64,000 nt of DNA, taken from positions 1 to 64,000 of the forward strand of contig JALMLS010000050.1 in the NCBI GenBank assembly GCA_038496445.1, given 5' to 3'. Positions 12,209-25,842 of this stretch are shown in pieces. How positions within the stretch are numbered: the stretch's first letter is position 1; each line of letters opens with the position of its first letter. The position numbers were made by a program, and so were the translations under genes. Source of the DNA: Trichosphaerium sp. ATCC 40318 (Eukaryota > Protista > Tubulinea). The notes beneath the pieces were generated by a model. The model worked only from the letters and a program-made list of their open reading frames with translations. It did not search any database and was not told where the DNA came from.

Positions 12209-14464
12209 ATGACCGAAGGGCGAAGACGATACAGGTTAGAAGATGTCAGTGTCCGCCCTGTACTGGGTCGTCGCGCGTGCAAAGGTACTGTTTCGTTAAA
12301 CATGTCAAATTATAGCTGCCAAAGCGCCTTGGATGTATTGTGAACGTATAAAGACCGTTTTATAAGATTCCCAGCAGCAATTACGTATTTTTCTCTTAAT
12401 TGCACACGGCTGCTTTCATAAAGGCGTAAAAAAATGCATTTACTCATCAAGCAATCACCTATGTGTTTTAAAGGCATTTATGAATAGGTAGCCTCGCCGC
12501 GGGTCACAAACACGGCGTACCAGTCCTTCGATTCACATCTGAATTTGGGAAGGTAGATATTAACATGAACGACGTTAAACATATCGTATACCAATCAAAC
12601 GAACCAAAAATCGATAATAAGAAGCGACCTGTATACGGTGGGATGGCGTTACTCCATTTCCATTTGAATACAAAGGCTAAAATTGGTACAACCTCTTATC
12701 CGCGAAAAACAAATTAGAAATATTCAGTTTTACTATAAAAAGTATATTTGCAAGCATCACTTTGTGCTACGGTGCTTGATTCTTTCATAATTTATTTTTT
12801 TTTCAATTGTTGCAACAAAGAGGTACAAAGATGCTAATGTCGCCATTAGGTAAGCGTGAGAGTATAGACGTTCAGTTTGTGTCGCGCGCACAGAGGCAGA
12901 AAGAGCGTAGACGTATGTACAGAAGATTTCAAAAGTTTTTAAGCTATTTGACCAAGTACGTAAAATTTTGTAAAGGCACTATCACAGTTTTTTTGAACAA
13001 CTGATTATTGTTCGGCTGTGCATAAAACTCAATTTTTTCGCTTTTTTCAGCACTAAAATATTTACAAAAACATCCAAAGCACCTCCAATCGCCTTTTTTA
13101 CCTATTTTATTACACTTGACGCGCTTTGGTATAGAACCATCCAATACCGAAGGAGGTTTGATTTTTTTTTTGTAAAGTGTAGATTACGCGCATTAATTGT
13201 AGTCTCATTATGCTCATTCATACTAGTATGTGCCCAAAATTGGTTTCTACGATGCTTGAAACAACTTCTTATGATTCTTTTGATTGCGCCGTAAATGGCC
13301 GAAATAGTTGCTCTATGACGTTAACAAACACATGTTTCATTTCAGTTGTAGTAAGTAGACGATGATTTTTTTTTTTTTTGGCGTTCTAGCTCTGTTCGCA
13401 ACCGCTTGAACCAACCAAATGTTTTCTGCACGCTGCGCATAAAACTTCCACACCTCTTTTTGACAAAAGCGTTTTTACTGATCTTGACTTAGAGGCAACC
13501 TTTCTTCGTTTTGTCTCTCGACAATGTGGACACTATTTATTTAGAAAGAGCAAAGCTTAAAATTAAAACATGCGATATGGTATGCATACCAACAGATTGG
13601 GTAGATAAACCTCCTATAAGAATAGATAATGTTCCTAAAAAAGCTCTTGATTTTATAATGCCTTGGCTTGATGAAAATGAAGTGGAGTACTATCTAGGTT
13701 TATCAAATCTTGATTGGAATAAGATATTAAAAGCTGCCCGAGAAGATCCTGAAGGGTTTGAAGAAGAGGTTAGACCTTTTTTTTTTCTTTTTTTCTTCCT
13801 TTTTGTGTTTTTTTTTCATTTCTAATTTGCGCTTGGTTTTTCCTTACTTGCTTTTTTAGGGAGCTTGGGAGTTTCTTGAAATCGTAGATAATGATCAACC
13901 AGAAAGTGATGGCGAAGGCGACGGTGGCGAAAAGAAAAAGGAAGGCGGTGATGCAGAAGATAGTGATGAGGGTACGAGTTTGGTTTATTTTTAGTTTCTT
14001 TGCTTTTATTTTTCTTACTTTGTTTTTTAGAGTCAGACTTTGCACCTCCTGGTGAGGACGATGATGAAGATGGGAGTGATTTCGAAGTTGCATTGGATGA
14101 TGAAGATGATGACCTCAGTGGTTCAGAAGCGAGTTCAAAGGCATCAGGATCTAACGAATCGAAAGAATCTAAGGAATCATCAAAAGATGCAAAACCAAAA
14201 TCATCACTTCATCTACTGCTGGCTGAAGGAGAAATATCTGACGATTCTGATTTTGAACCTGATGACGGAGATGATGTTGATGAGTCTATAGACTCTGAAG
14301 AAGATAATTCAAGGGAAGCAAACTATGCAGACTCAGACGATGAATCAGGTACTGATTCCTCAGCCAAAACAGGAAGCAAGCGTAAACGGCAAGAAAATCA
14401 CTTTTCGGCAGAAAATGCGCCACCTGGAAAGAAACGAAGGATAAAACGAGAATTTGCAAGTTAG
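12209..14464 (+). CDS. Truncated Spt16 (FACT) paralog: middle double-PH domain, acidic tail and basic C-terminus only
   Basis: LEDVSVRP, LLHFHL...GKRESIDVQF, PFFVLSLDNVDTIYLER...DMVCIP...WLDENEVEYYLG..NLDWNKILK...DPEGFEEEGAWEFL match the Spt16 middle domain. It is followed by a D/E/S-rich tail and PPGKKRRIK. Confidence 0.8.
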
Positions 14465-15074
14465 ATGGTATACATAGGGTGTTAGGCTACACATAGAGGG
14501 GTAAACAATTTGTATATTTCGCCCTTTGAAGTCACAACATTTGAAACGCCTGTAACACATTTATAAAACTCATAAAACTCTACAAACTTTTTTGTTTTGT
14601 CCAATGAAAAAAAACGCCTAAACTACAAAAAGCAGTTTCGCTACTTCGCTGTCTATGCTCTGAAACTAATTTCTTTGATTAAAACTTGTGAACACTGTGT
14701 AAGTTTTTGAGATTAATTTACGCAGTTTAGTTATTTATTGTTTTAACGCTATAAGTTTTCAAGAAGTATCTTGTTGACGTGTATAACTTTTTTTTTCGAA
14801 GACACAATGACTTAATTTTAGATATTTTTCTCAAAAACACCACGTGATTGTTTTTGACGCTCAATTTGAACCATTCAAACAAATTAGTGATCTTTTTTAT
14901 TTGTTTGAGTTTTTTTAGTCTCTAGAGGCAGGAAATGCTCTTCGATGCTGTTAGATAACATCTCCGCGAGGGACTTGGGGAGATATAATGTCGCATTTAG
15001 GACAACACTTACACCACAATTCACAACACTGTGTCACGCTCATTTTTTTAGTATCTGCTACACATCAAAGAACA

Positions 15075-18000
15075 ATGAAGCTCGTCCTGCTTTTAGCTAT
15101 CCTATTAGCAGTTGTAACCGCACAGACGTCATTATTTGACGACTTTGTAGACTTCAGCTCCATAGACGCCAACTCAAACGAGCCTTTGGCAACAGCAGTC
15201 GTAAATGGCGCCAATATCATTGGGACAAGACGTAATCTTACACTCACCGTCGGAGACGATAGCAACCCTGCCCTCGAAGGTTCTTGTACCATTGTAGCTG
15301 GTTTCTTTGCTCTCAGTACTGATGTATCAGTCACTGGAGCATGTGAAGCAGACTACAGCGGTCCAGACGGCAATGGTTTCACAACTCCCGTCAATTACAA
15401 CGCACTAGGATGCGGTAAGTGCCTTAGACAATTTCTATCACAACTTTTTTTTTTGTTGTATCTCGGTCATAAGATTCGAAAAAGATAAGGAGCAAAAGTT
15501 GAAATCTTCATTATATCATCTGTAGTGGTCAACTAAGAACTCCGAAAAAAATTAAAAGACAAAATAAAATTTTGGCTTCCTTGCTTTTTTTTTTTGTTAC
15601 ACGTGCGCGTACTGATCTTTTTTTTTTGTTTAGATTGCTGGAATATGAGAATACTTGAATCCGATAATAACGTTGGCTTCGCAATCACAGCAAATAGTCA
15701 AACTTTCGGACCTCAAACGTCCGAGTTCATGCTAGCAGTTGATATTCCTTCCGCTCTTGATCTCTGTATTCCTTTTTTCGGAGACCGCGAAGCATACAAT
15801 GATATTGTCGGTGTTAACTTCAGAGTCGAAGCATTAGTCGCAAACGTCGATGTGAATTTACAATCTGTATGTTGTCAGCCTTCTGTAACTTGCGTGTAAG
15901 TACTTATTTTACTATTTTCCGAAGGTTCTTTTTTTTTTGATTTTCTTTGTTTTTTAGCCACACTATCACTGCTTTGAACGGTGCTGATGTCGATAACTTG
16001 GTTGTTGGCGATGATATCAAATTGTCAATAATGTGCAGAAACTACGAATCTCAACCTGCTGATCTTCAAGAACTCACAGTATCTTTCCCATTTGACAGTG
16101 CTTTTGGTACTTTGGATGCTGGTTCCATCATGTGCGATGGTGATGTTGCTGTACGTATTTTGTATTTTCTTCTTGTTTTTACGTTTCACCGTTTCTCATC
16201 ATTTTATTTTTCAGCCAACTGCTCCAGGAGCAAGTGTTGTCAACAACGCTCTTGAGTTCCAAGCTTCTCTCATTGACGGTGAATCCATCAACTGTATGGT
16301 CGATGTCGCTTTGATCGCAGGTGGATCAGTCGATAATATCGCTGCAAATATCTTCACCAGCCAAGGAGATCCAAGATTTCCATTCCAATCCAATACTGAT
16401 ATTGACAGGCACGCCTCCTTGAAACCAAATTATTTACACATTCATTAACATTTTGTTTAGACAAGGAAGTCTCGAGTTTTGTGAACTTCCAGTACCTGCC
16501 AGTCTCGTAATTGTTGATCCTCCAACCACATTGCCTCCAACAACAGAGCCTCCAACGACAGAGCCTCCAACCACTGAGGTGAGTACCCTATACCAAACTA
16601 CTTTTTTACGTGTATCTTTTTCTCTAAATGATTGTAGCCTCCAACTACCGAGCCTCCTACCACAGAACCACCTACCACTGAACCTCCAACAACCGAGCCT
16701 CCAACTACAGCACCACCTACCACTGAACCTCCAACGACTGAGCCTCCTACTACTGAGCCACCTACCACTGAACCACCAACAACAGAGGTACTAGATTTTT
16801 TTGTTTGTTCTGTTGTGGTTTATTCGTTGTAGCCTCCTACAACGGAACCTCCAACGACGGAGCCTCCAACGACGGAACCTCCAACTACGGAACCTCCAAC
16901 TACGGAGCCTCCAACGACGGAACCTCCAACGACGGAGCCTCCAACGACGGAACCTCCTACGACGGAACCTCCAACAACAGAACCTCCAACTACAGAGCCT
17001 CCTACAACGGAGCCTCCAACTACTGAACCTCCAACAACGGAGGTATCTTTATTTTTGTTTTTTTCTCATCCTCTTACTAAATACTTTTTTAGCCTCCAAC
17101 CACAGAACCTCCAACGACTGAGCCTCCAACAACAGAACCACCTACAACAGAGCCTCCAACAACACAGGTATGATTATCTTTTCTTGATAAATCACTTAAA
17201 AAGCATCTTCACCTTATGTTTTTGTAGCCTCCAACAACACTCCCACCAATCACTACGCCTCCTACCACGGAACCACCAACGACAGAACCACCAACGACGG
17301 AACCACCAACAACAGAGGTACTTACTAAAATTACAATAATTATCTTTTTTTTTCGTGGTGGTTTATTCCTTGTAGCCACCTACAACGGAGCCACCAACAA
17401 CGGAGCCACCAACAACAGAGCCTCCTACTACTGAGCCTCCTACTACTGAACCACCCACCACGGAACCTCCAACAACGGAGGTAATTTTTTTTACAGTTTC
17501 TTTTAAACTATTTTTATGGTCTTTCCTTATCTTATCTTTGTAGCCTCCAACGACTGAACCTCCAACAACTGAGCCTCCAACAACCGAGCCTCCAACAACT
17601 GAGCCTCCTACCACTGAACCACCAACAACGGAGGTATGAACAAAACAAACAACTATTTCTTAATGTTCCTTTTAACTTATTCTCTTGTAGCCTCCAACAA
17701 CTGAGCCACCAACCACTGAACCTCCAACAACTGAGCCTCCAACCACAGAACCACCAACAACTGAGCCTCCAACAACTGAGCCTCCAACAACTGAGCCTCC
17801 AACCACAGAGCCACCAACGACTCAGCCTCCTACTACTTTGCCTCCAACTACACAACCACCAACCACTCTTCCTCCAACAACTGTACCACCAACACCAGTG
17901 CGCTTCGTGTGTGTTTCTCCTCGTATCATTAATGGAGAGTGCGAGTACGTTAACAACTACAACACTTGAATATTTTTATTTCAAATACTGACTTTTATTG

Positions 18001-18164
18001 TTTTCTTTAGTTGTCAAACATTCCCTTGTTTCGAAGCAGATGATGGCAGCAATTCTTTCAGATGTGAGACTGATGAATGGTACTGTTGGTTTGTCGCCAG
18101 AATACCAGCTTCAGGTCGTTTCCAAGTCGGATACCGTGGACAAATGTGCTACTGTGAGATTTAA
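15075..18164 (+). CDS. Secreted mucin-like protein: signal peptide, Cys-containing beta-rich domains, long PPTTE stalk, Cys-rich C-terminal module
   Basis: Signal peptide MKLVLLLAILLAVVTA. Spliced PPTTE repeats. Ends ...CETDEWYCWF...QMCYCEI*. GC-AG intron at 16409-16460. Confidence 0.85.
16519..17895 (+). repeat. 15-nt coding tandem repeat (CCT CCA ACN ACN GAR; PPTTE) interrupted by seven introns
   Basis: Directly visible tandem array of gagcctccaacaact-type units. Confidence 0.95.
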
Positions 18165-18289
18165 ACAAAGAAGCATAGACCCAATATCACTATGTAACTC
18201 ACAAATACTCGCACAAGCGACAACGCTTCTAATTTTTCAAAATAAAAGAACATTTCGCGTGGCGAAAAAAGACTGTTTTTCCTATTTAC

Positions 18290-18828
18290 AGAACGACTTG
18301 AGGTTTTACAAAAAAATTGTCCAAGTTTTCTGGGCAACGATCATGATAGCGAAAACAAAGTCTATTAATTAAAGTACAAGTATTTTTTTATTTACATTTG
18401 TTGTTTGTGAGTTAGTCTAGGACAAGTTTATCCTTGTTCAAGAGCCCATTCCTCAAACACTTCACAAAACAGATTATCGGCAGCTTCTTCAGAAAGATTC
18501 ACCACCAAGAGTTGCTGGTCTGTTGCCAAAGTGGTTGTATTGCTTGTGGCCATTGGTAATGTGACGGTTGGCACTTTTGGTGTGGTTTTAAGAACCTTTG
18601 AAGGTTGCACTGTGTTTTCACACTGTGTCTTGCTCTTGATCTTCACTTAGCGTCAGAGGATCTTTTTGTGTCGTTTGATTCTGTTTTGTGCAGGTCATCG
18701 TGAATTACTTTCATCTTCGTAGTCTCTTGGCTGTGACTGTTCGTGTGAGCGTAGACAGTGCCATTGGTGCCTTCTCCATGAGTATTGTCAGTGTCGATGG
18801 TGTGCTTCGGTTTCGATTGAACGCTGTT
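18290..18828 (-). pseudogene. 5'-truncated, frameshifted copy of the 329-793 ORF including about 120 nt of its 3' flank
   Basis: Reverse complement aligns to about 383-912. It has 1-nt deletions (cagaatcaaacg vs cagaaatcaaacg; caaggata vs caagggata), which split the ORF into 18428-18646 and 18643-18873. Confidence 0.8.
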
Positions 18829-19169
18829 GTATGTGCGCATACGTTTGCTCTCTACTATTTTTCTTACTTGCAAACATCTAATATGAGTACATAGTTTTCG
18901 ATAGTAGCCACATACATAGGTGTCTCACAACAACATGGTTTTTGACAGGATTATCGATAAAATTGCTTGTAGATAATCCCATTTTTGGTTGGTCATTACT
19001 CATAACCCAGACCATCTCCGTGCCTCATATTTTGTATAGCGTTTACTGGCAGATGGTTAAAACATTTTGGCTTATCGGCAATGCATTATCGAAGACTCTG
19101 ACTGTTTTTTTTGAACAGAATTTCATATCACTCTTTTTATTTCTGACGTTTTATCGTTCACAGAATTGA

Positions 19170-19697
<528 letters not shown>

Positions 19698-20075
19698 GAG
19701 CAAACATTCCCTATACCTGTAGATTAGCTTCAATCAAAAACAATAAACTGCCCAATGTCATACCACCCTTTTGTACTCTATCTCTTTCGTACCATCACAA
19801 TTCTTGATTGTTTTATTTGGATATTCTTGTACCAATACTTGCCAGCCCTTTATGATGTTTTGAAGTTCACCATTGACAATGTAAATCATTACAGTACCGA
19901 TCTTTGTAGACGAAATACTGTTATATATTTACGAAACCAAAAGGTGAACTACTTTGCCAGTGAAAAAAATAGGATTCGAACGACTATAGCTGTGTTGAGT
20001 TTGGTATGTTATTTCTTGTGTTAACAACTTAGAGCCAAATTGTTGTCTATTCTCTGACAGGGTTTTTTATTACTA

Positions 20076-22932
20076 CTAAACTGGATACACTTTGAAATCA
20101 TCAAAATAAGCATAATGAAATCCAGAACCTAATCCGACAGCTCCAGCTGTATACTTACTATCAGTGAACGCAGTAACAACTGCCTTATCATTAATCGATA
20201 CATCAATAGTACTCTTTGAAACAGAGATAAGAATATCGTGCCATGAGCCAGCAGGGAATGTAGTTGACCCTAAATAAAATTAGTATGCTACTTTTTTGTC
20301 CGTTTTGTGTTTACCTTTTTTAAGAACTGTGCGTGGTTCTCCTGATGCAAGAAAGTATGTACCGTTTGTAAATATTTGTATAGAGTAACCACGTGGCCAA
20401 TCATCTTCTCTTGTACCTGAGTAAACAGGCATACGAGTGGTAACATACACGTAACCTACCATGTTTTAATACATTGTTTATGGTATAAGGTTTTACCGTC
20501 AGTGCCTTCAGGTATGAACGCGTCTACCTTCACTGCATAGTCTGTCCATGATGCATCTCCGATTACAGTAAATGGTACATTATTCACTCTATCATAGTGC
20601 CAAGGTATAGGCGCAAGTGGAACCTAGTTGTTCAGTTGAAAAGAAAAGTGTATTTTTTCTTATGTAACGTGATACCTCCTGCTTCAAGGCCATATCCGAG
20701 GATCCCCGAAGAGGTGCTGGTTGAGCACTGAAAGATCCTGCTTGGTCGGTAAAGTACTTAACGGTAGCATCAGATACATAGCGTTCGAAACTATATGAAA
20801 CAACAAGTGGTTAGGTAAGTTCATTTCAACTATAATCATCGTACTCTTCAGCGTATGGTAGAGGAAATGGCTTGGAAGGAGCGATGGTGTGAGTTTCAAT
20901 CCATCCAGGAGTCTTTAGTGTTGTTATAGAATAAATGGCTGCAGGTTCAAGCTAGAGGTATGGAGTTAGTAGAACACTTGAAGATTAACACGTGAACAAC
21001 AAAACCGTACAGAAAGAGATATGCTGGAACTTGAGACAGTGACATCTTGTTGTTTTTTAAAGTACTCATTCTCTGTTGTACGCCATACGTGCATCTCTGT
21101 TGCTTTGATGGATTGAGGTAGTTCAAATGTAACATGAGTACTGGACTTTGTTTGAGATGTCTCAATAATAAACGATGCATCTGATCCTGAAGGTGAAACT
21201 AAAAGAACAGCGCTTCCAATATCTAGTTTAAAACAAGTATTAGATAGCTATGTATAAATTACAAACATATTTTTGACAGTACCCATAAGATGATCTTTTA
21301 AGTTGAAGTATTGCCATCCTTTTGTATTCAGTTATTGTTGGGGCAAGTGGCGTGTTATGAAAGTGCGTGGTACCTGGCATGACGAATTGTGTAGTATGTG
21401 CTATGGCGGGTAGTGTAGCAGGTACATCATAGTGACCGCTCCAAGGTTCATTACAATTTAATAATCCGTGTCTGACAAAAGACGTTAATAAAGCAAGTAT
21501 ACGAAAAAAACAAGAAATTTTGCTTAACTGTGGAAAACGTAAGTAATCGAACCATGAGAAAGTCAAACACCAAATAACAGCACCAGTAACGTTTCCTTAA
21601 TGAAAAGACTGTGTTAATACCTTATAAAAGCTACTCATTTAGCATACCTTTTATATACTGCCCATTCAGCATGCTTGCCAAGCCAAGACCGCCTTCCCAA
21701 GTAGCAGCTTCAAAGTTAGAACATTCACTGGCCCAAATCTTTTTGTTTAGCGCCTTAATAAAAAATGTCACGTGTGACAGTAAGAGTGTTAGTTGTCACC
21801 TGTATTTGTGATGGCGCGAATGTATCGTGAGTGAAGGCGTAATGAGCTCCAAAAGCGTATACAGAATCAAGCAATTCAGTGTCTATCAGAACGTTTAAAA
21901 TGCTTTGACATGAAACACATTACTCACCGTGTGTAGCATTTAAAGCGAAATGATAAGCTTGATTCCAGTTATAATCAGGCGCTACGATTTTCACATTACG
22001 CAGACCTTAATAATGGTAAGTATCAGATCCACGACAGAAAACGAATCTTACCAGATGAATCCAAGTTTTTTCTTAGCAATTTGACCCAAGGTATGGCTTC
22101 TTCATAACCACCATCTCTCTCATTCCTAGAGATTATATAAGTCCATAATTAGAACATATAACCGCTACCAAACACCCAAAAAATCAACATCTATATTATG
22201 AACGCGTTTGGCACCCTACGAAGATAGGTTCAAAAATTGTTCTGTTTCTATATTCTTCTCTTTTTTCGTACTTTGACCCACTTTATCAAGTAGTCAATAC
22301 AATCTTGTGAGAAGTATGTTCCATTACCAATCCAACCTAAATCAACTTTAATCTTGTTCTTAGCAATGAGGTAAATACCTGGTGCAGCCCAAGCTAGTGC
22401 GTATATCAAAATATCTGGGTTCCTCTTTTTGGCTTCAGCAAGCATCCACCACTCATACCCTCTATTATAGTTTTCTTCATCTCTTGTATGCATATGACTA
22501 GCTTCTGAAGCTTCTGTACTCTATGGCAAAAATCACCGACAAAGAAAGAGAAAAATCCATCAACTTTTCGTAAGACATGTTTTTGAACTCAACAGAAAAA
22601 AAAACCACCCAATCGTACTTGAGAATCGCCTCCTATCTCGACTTTAAGTAAATGTAGGGATCCACCCTTGTTAGGAATAAACAGCATGTCAAGTATTTGA
22701 CTTCTTATAGGCTCTTCGTAGTCATACAGTAGACGAGAAGTGCCACCACCGCCTGAGAAGAGTTTTTTTAGTGTTTATTGTTACATCACGTGATAAAATA
22801 TCGTTACTCACCTGATATGGCACCAATGGCGTCAAACTCTCTTCCCATACTATCTATTGATACGAGTCTTGCCGCAATAATACTCAAAAAGAATAAACTG
22901 AATACGATATAACAAGACAATAGACTACGCAT
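20076..22932 (-). CDS. GALC: Galactocerebrosidase (glycoside hydrolase family 59)
   Basis: Signal peptide; [32 protein letters not shown]...[34 protein letters not shown]. Confidence 0.92.
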
Positions 22933-23422
22933 TGTAGCTGGTAACAAAGTATAACTTTCAGTTATTGCCTTTTTTGCCGACTTTGTGTGACCATTTTTTG
23001 ACTTTCTTGAACGTGGTTTCCTCGTTATTAATGCCTACAAGAGTTTAGTGTTAAAATAAGAAATGAATACTATGGTAGCTAAGAAACCTTAGATTGAGAC
23101 TTCCGTGGATGTGCATTAAGAACACAAAGTCTAACAAGTCCACTCAGCAAGAATATCCACGAACTCTTTTCACTCCAAAACAACTGTACTGTTGTCTCCG
23201 TCAGACTTTTTGGAGTTCAAATGTTATCGTTGCGTACACTACCACATGTAAACGAAGGTCTATGGATACTGTTATTGATTGGGAAAATAGTCACTATTTC
23301 TTGTAACGGTCGCGAAATCTCACCAACTTTTCAAATTTGTCAATTTTCAATTACTTTTTTTAGGATAGCACGACGTAAGTAGCTCTTACGCATTTGTAGA
23401 ATAGTCCAGTTAACACACAACC

Positions 23423-24524
23423 ATGATTAGTACAAAGGGAGCAGTATGGCGGTTTGAAATAGCGAAAAGTAGCCGGTACCGTTAGCGCTCTATGTTTTAA
23501 TTACTGAAACAGTCTGCATCAGTTCTACGTGCTGTTGTTGTCTCGAGTATATCGAGAAGGGAACGATTCGATACGGTAATACGGTAATTCGTTAAAACTT
23601 TATAACTATACGAATTGACGCTTAATATTGAATACAGAGCACTCAATCCAGTACTTGGTACCATCTTGGGTGTTTTCAGGATACTAGAGTTCGTTTACCA
23701 TTGTATCACTACTACAACAACGACATTAAAACAGTGCGTTGATCGTGAGCCCGCATAAGCTGTTTTAGCTTTTTTTGAACTAACAAGGAAACAAAAGGGA
23801 TGGGATTTGCTTTCGGATAGAGATGTAGACTTAATGTCTAAGGCTTCGCATGCAGCAGCTTTGGAATATGCACAAGGACGTAATTCTTCTGTAAGGCAAG
23901 GAATATTGAATAATATGAGAGCAGAAGAGGGTAGCTTAAAGTCGCTAAAGGTGAGAATATTTTGAGTTTGGATTTTCTTTGAACTTTTTTTGAAGATACG
24001 CAAATAGTCTGTTATGAAGAACCTTAAAGTTTATGCCATCTATTGTAATATACTTCCTTTCCATACACAATTTTTTATTTCAAAATGCTGTCATGTATCA
24101 CGGTTCTTATTTTTGAAAAAGGTTCTTTGTGCGGAATTTGTCATTAAGACTAAAATACCTTGGCAAGATCAACCTCTACCACAAAGTGTTATAGATCTTT
24201 TTAAAGAGTTGTCCTACTTCCAATATGAGATAGCACTAATACTAAAACAATATACAACAAAAGGACTTAAGACAATTCTGCAGCAATCAAGTAAGTGACA
24301 GGTTTTTTGTTTGATGCTAACTACCTTAAGAAATAAAAAGAAGTGGTAAACGTGTTGAGCTTGAAGACAGAGTAATAATGGGTCAAATAGAAGGAAAGAT
24401 TACGAGAGATTATAAACCAGTACTAGTGCAAGAAGAGAAATCAAAAAAGAGAAACCGTAAAGTAGAAAAACAAAAACCAAATAAAAAACGAAAGAAAACA
24501 CGTGCAAAAAAGGAGGCGACGTAG
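23423..24524 (+). CDS. Small nuclear protein: PARP-type zinc finger, SAP-like motif and basic tail
   Basis: Spliced EIAKSSRSTCCCCLEYIEKGTIRYG...WYHLGCF...GWDLLSDRD matches zf-PARP. YTTKGLKTILQQSKIKRSGKRVELEDRV is SAP-like. K/R-rich end. Confidence 0.7.
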
Positions 24525-24562
24525 ATCTTCTTAAATAAAACACTGCTTCCTATATTTACCAT

Positions 24563-25842
24563 TTAATACCCTACACCATGTATAATATATGGTGTCGAGA
24601 TAATGATCTCGAAACAAATTAGCGGATATTGGTAACAAGTAGATCTGTAAATCTGTGCTGTTGAAAAAACTATGTTGTGAGTTTTTTTAAAACAATACCA
24701 ATGTGCCAATTTTAATCTCCACCAAATTAAAGCATCATGTTGCTTCCCCCACCACAATATCACGTGAGTGAAGTAGATCTTATATGCTCCACTTGAGTTA
24801 ATCTACGTTCGGTTTTTACAACGTGTTTAACTACACTTTTCGAACCATGTGAAGGCACAAAAACAAATCAAATCACAATAACTGCCTCATAGTAAGTTGA
24901 CGTTTAACTCACAACATGAGTCTGGAAAATAAGATTTTGTAAGAAACAACTTGTTTTAGCTTGCCTCTAGCTTTATTGAAACAGTCATTGCGTTCATAGT
25001 AGCGTGTATCAATGGAAAAAAGTATAGAAGATTTATATCTGTGTGTGGGTTTATAAACCCACTCTTACGCTAACCAAGCTTGAATATTTTTTTAAAATGT
25101 TAGCCTCCAGCAAAAAAAACCTGCTTATTCTTTCCATGAACTTATTTGTGTAAGATTTTGGGTTGGGTGCACATCATATACTATTTATCCTTCCACCAAT
25201 CAATCGTTATCTCACGTGGTTACAAAGTGACTGTAGACTGTAAAAATCTTTGTTCATCTTTTTTTTCGACAAAAGCACATTGTTTACTACAAGCTGCAAA
25301 CAATAGTAGCGTTCCTGTTGATAACTCACACTGGTACAACAACCTAACGGTATTTGCAGAATGTGATACAGTGAGTGCTAGCGTAAAACTTTTCCATACA
25401 CCACACATTCCTACAAAAATGACAACCGTTCACTTCCAATCGTTGCTGTCACACTGGAGATGTAAGAGAAGAACGCCAAATGCAGACGGTGGAGTACCGT
25501 TTAAATACAGCTTCAAGCTAAGGAACAAGCGAAAAGATTGCGAAAACAGGGTACTACGTAAGCGTGCTACAAAGAGATTATTTGTTGATGCAAACATACC
25601 GTTTAAACCTTTCTTGCTTGCAGTTCCCTTCACACCTTCAAAACATTGCGACGCAGCTAGAAGGGCACGTATGGAAATCATAAATACGTACCAAACCAAA
25701 ACAGCCATAACGCCATCACCCAAAATGTCAATAGACTTCATTGTAAACTAGCTAGAAGCAAACAACAAAAAGTACTGTCTATGGTGAGATTTTTCAGGTA
25801 TTCTGTGCCTTCCTCTTTTCTTTATTGTCTAATGCACCCATA
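24563..25842 (-). CDS. Hypothetical multi-exon protein, possibly type II membrane-anchored
   Basis: Repeated short GT-AG introns on the minus strand and a hydrophobic segment (LLTFWVMALWLFWFA). The frame could not be fully resolved. Confidence 0.3.

Noticed and set aside
17363-17855. Antisense ORFs (VVGGS)n and similar ORFs at 54071-54677
   Set aside because: These are shadow frames of Pro/Thr-rich coding repeats on the opposite strand.
16519-17895. Repeat blocks separated by unique ~45-60 nt spacers, superficially CRISPR-like
   Set aside because: The repeats are PPTTE codons and the spacers are GT-AG introns in a eukaryotic gene.
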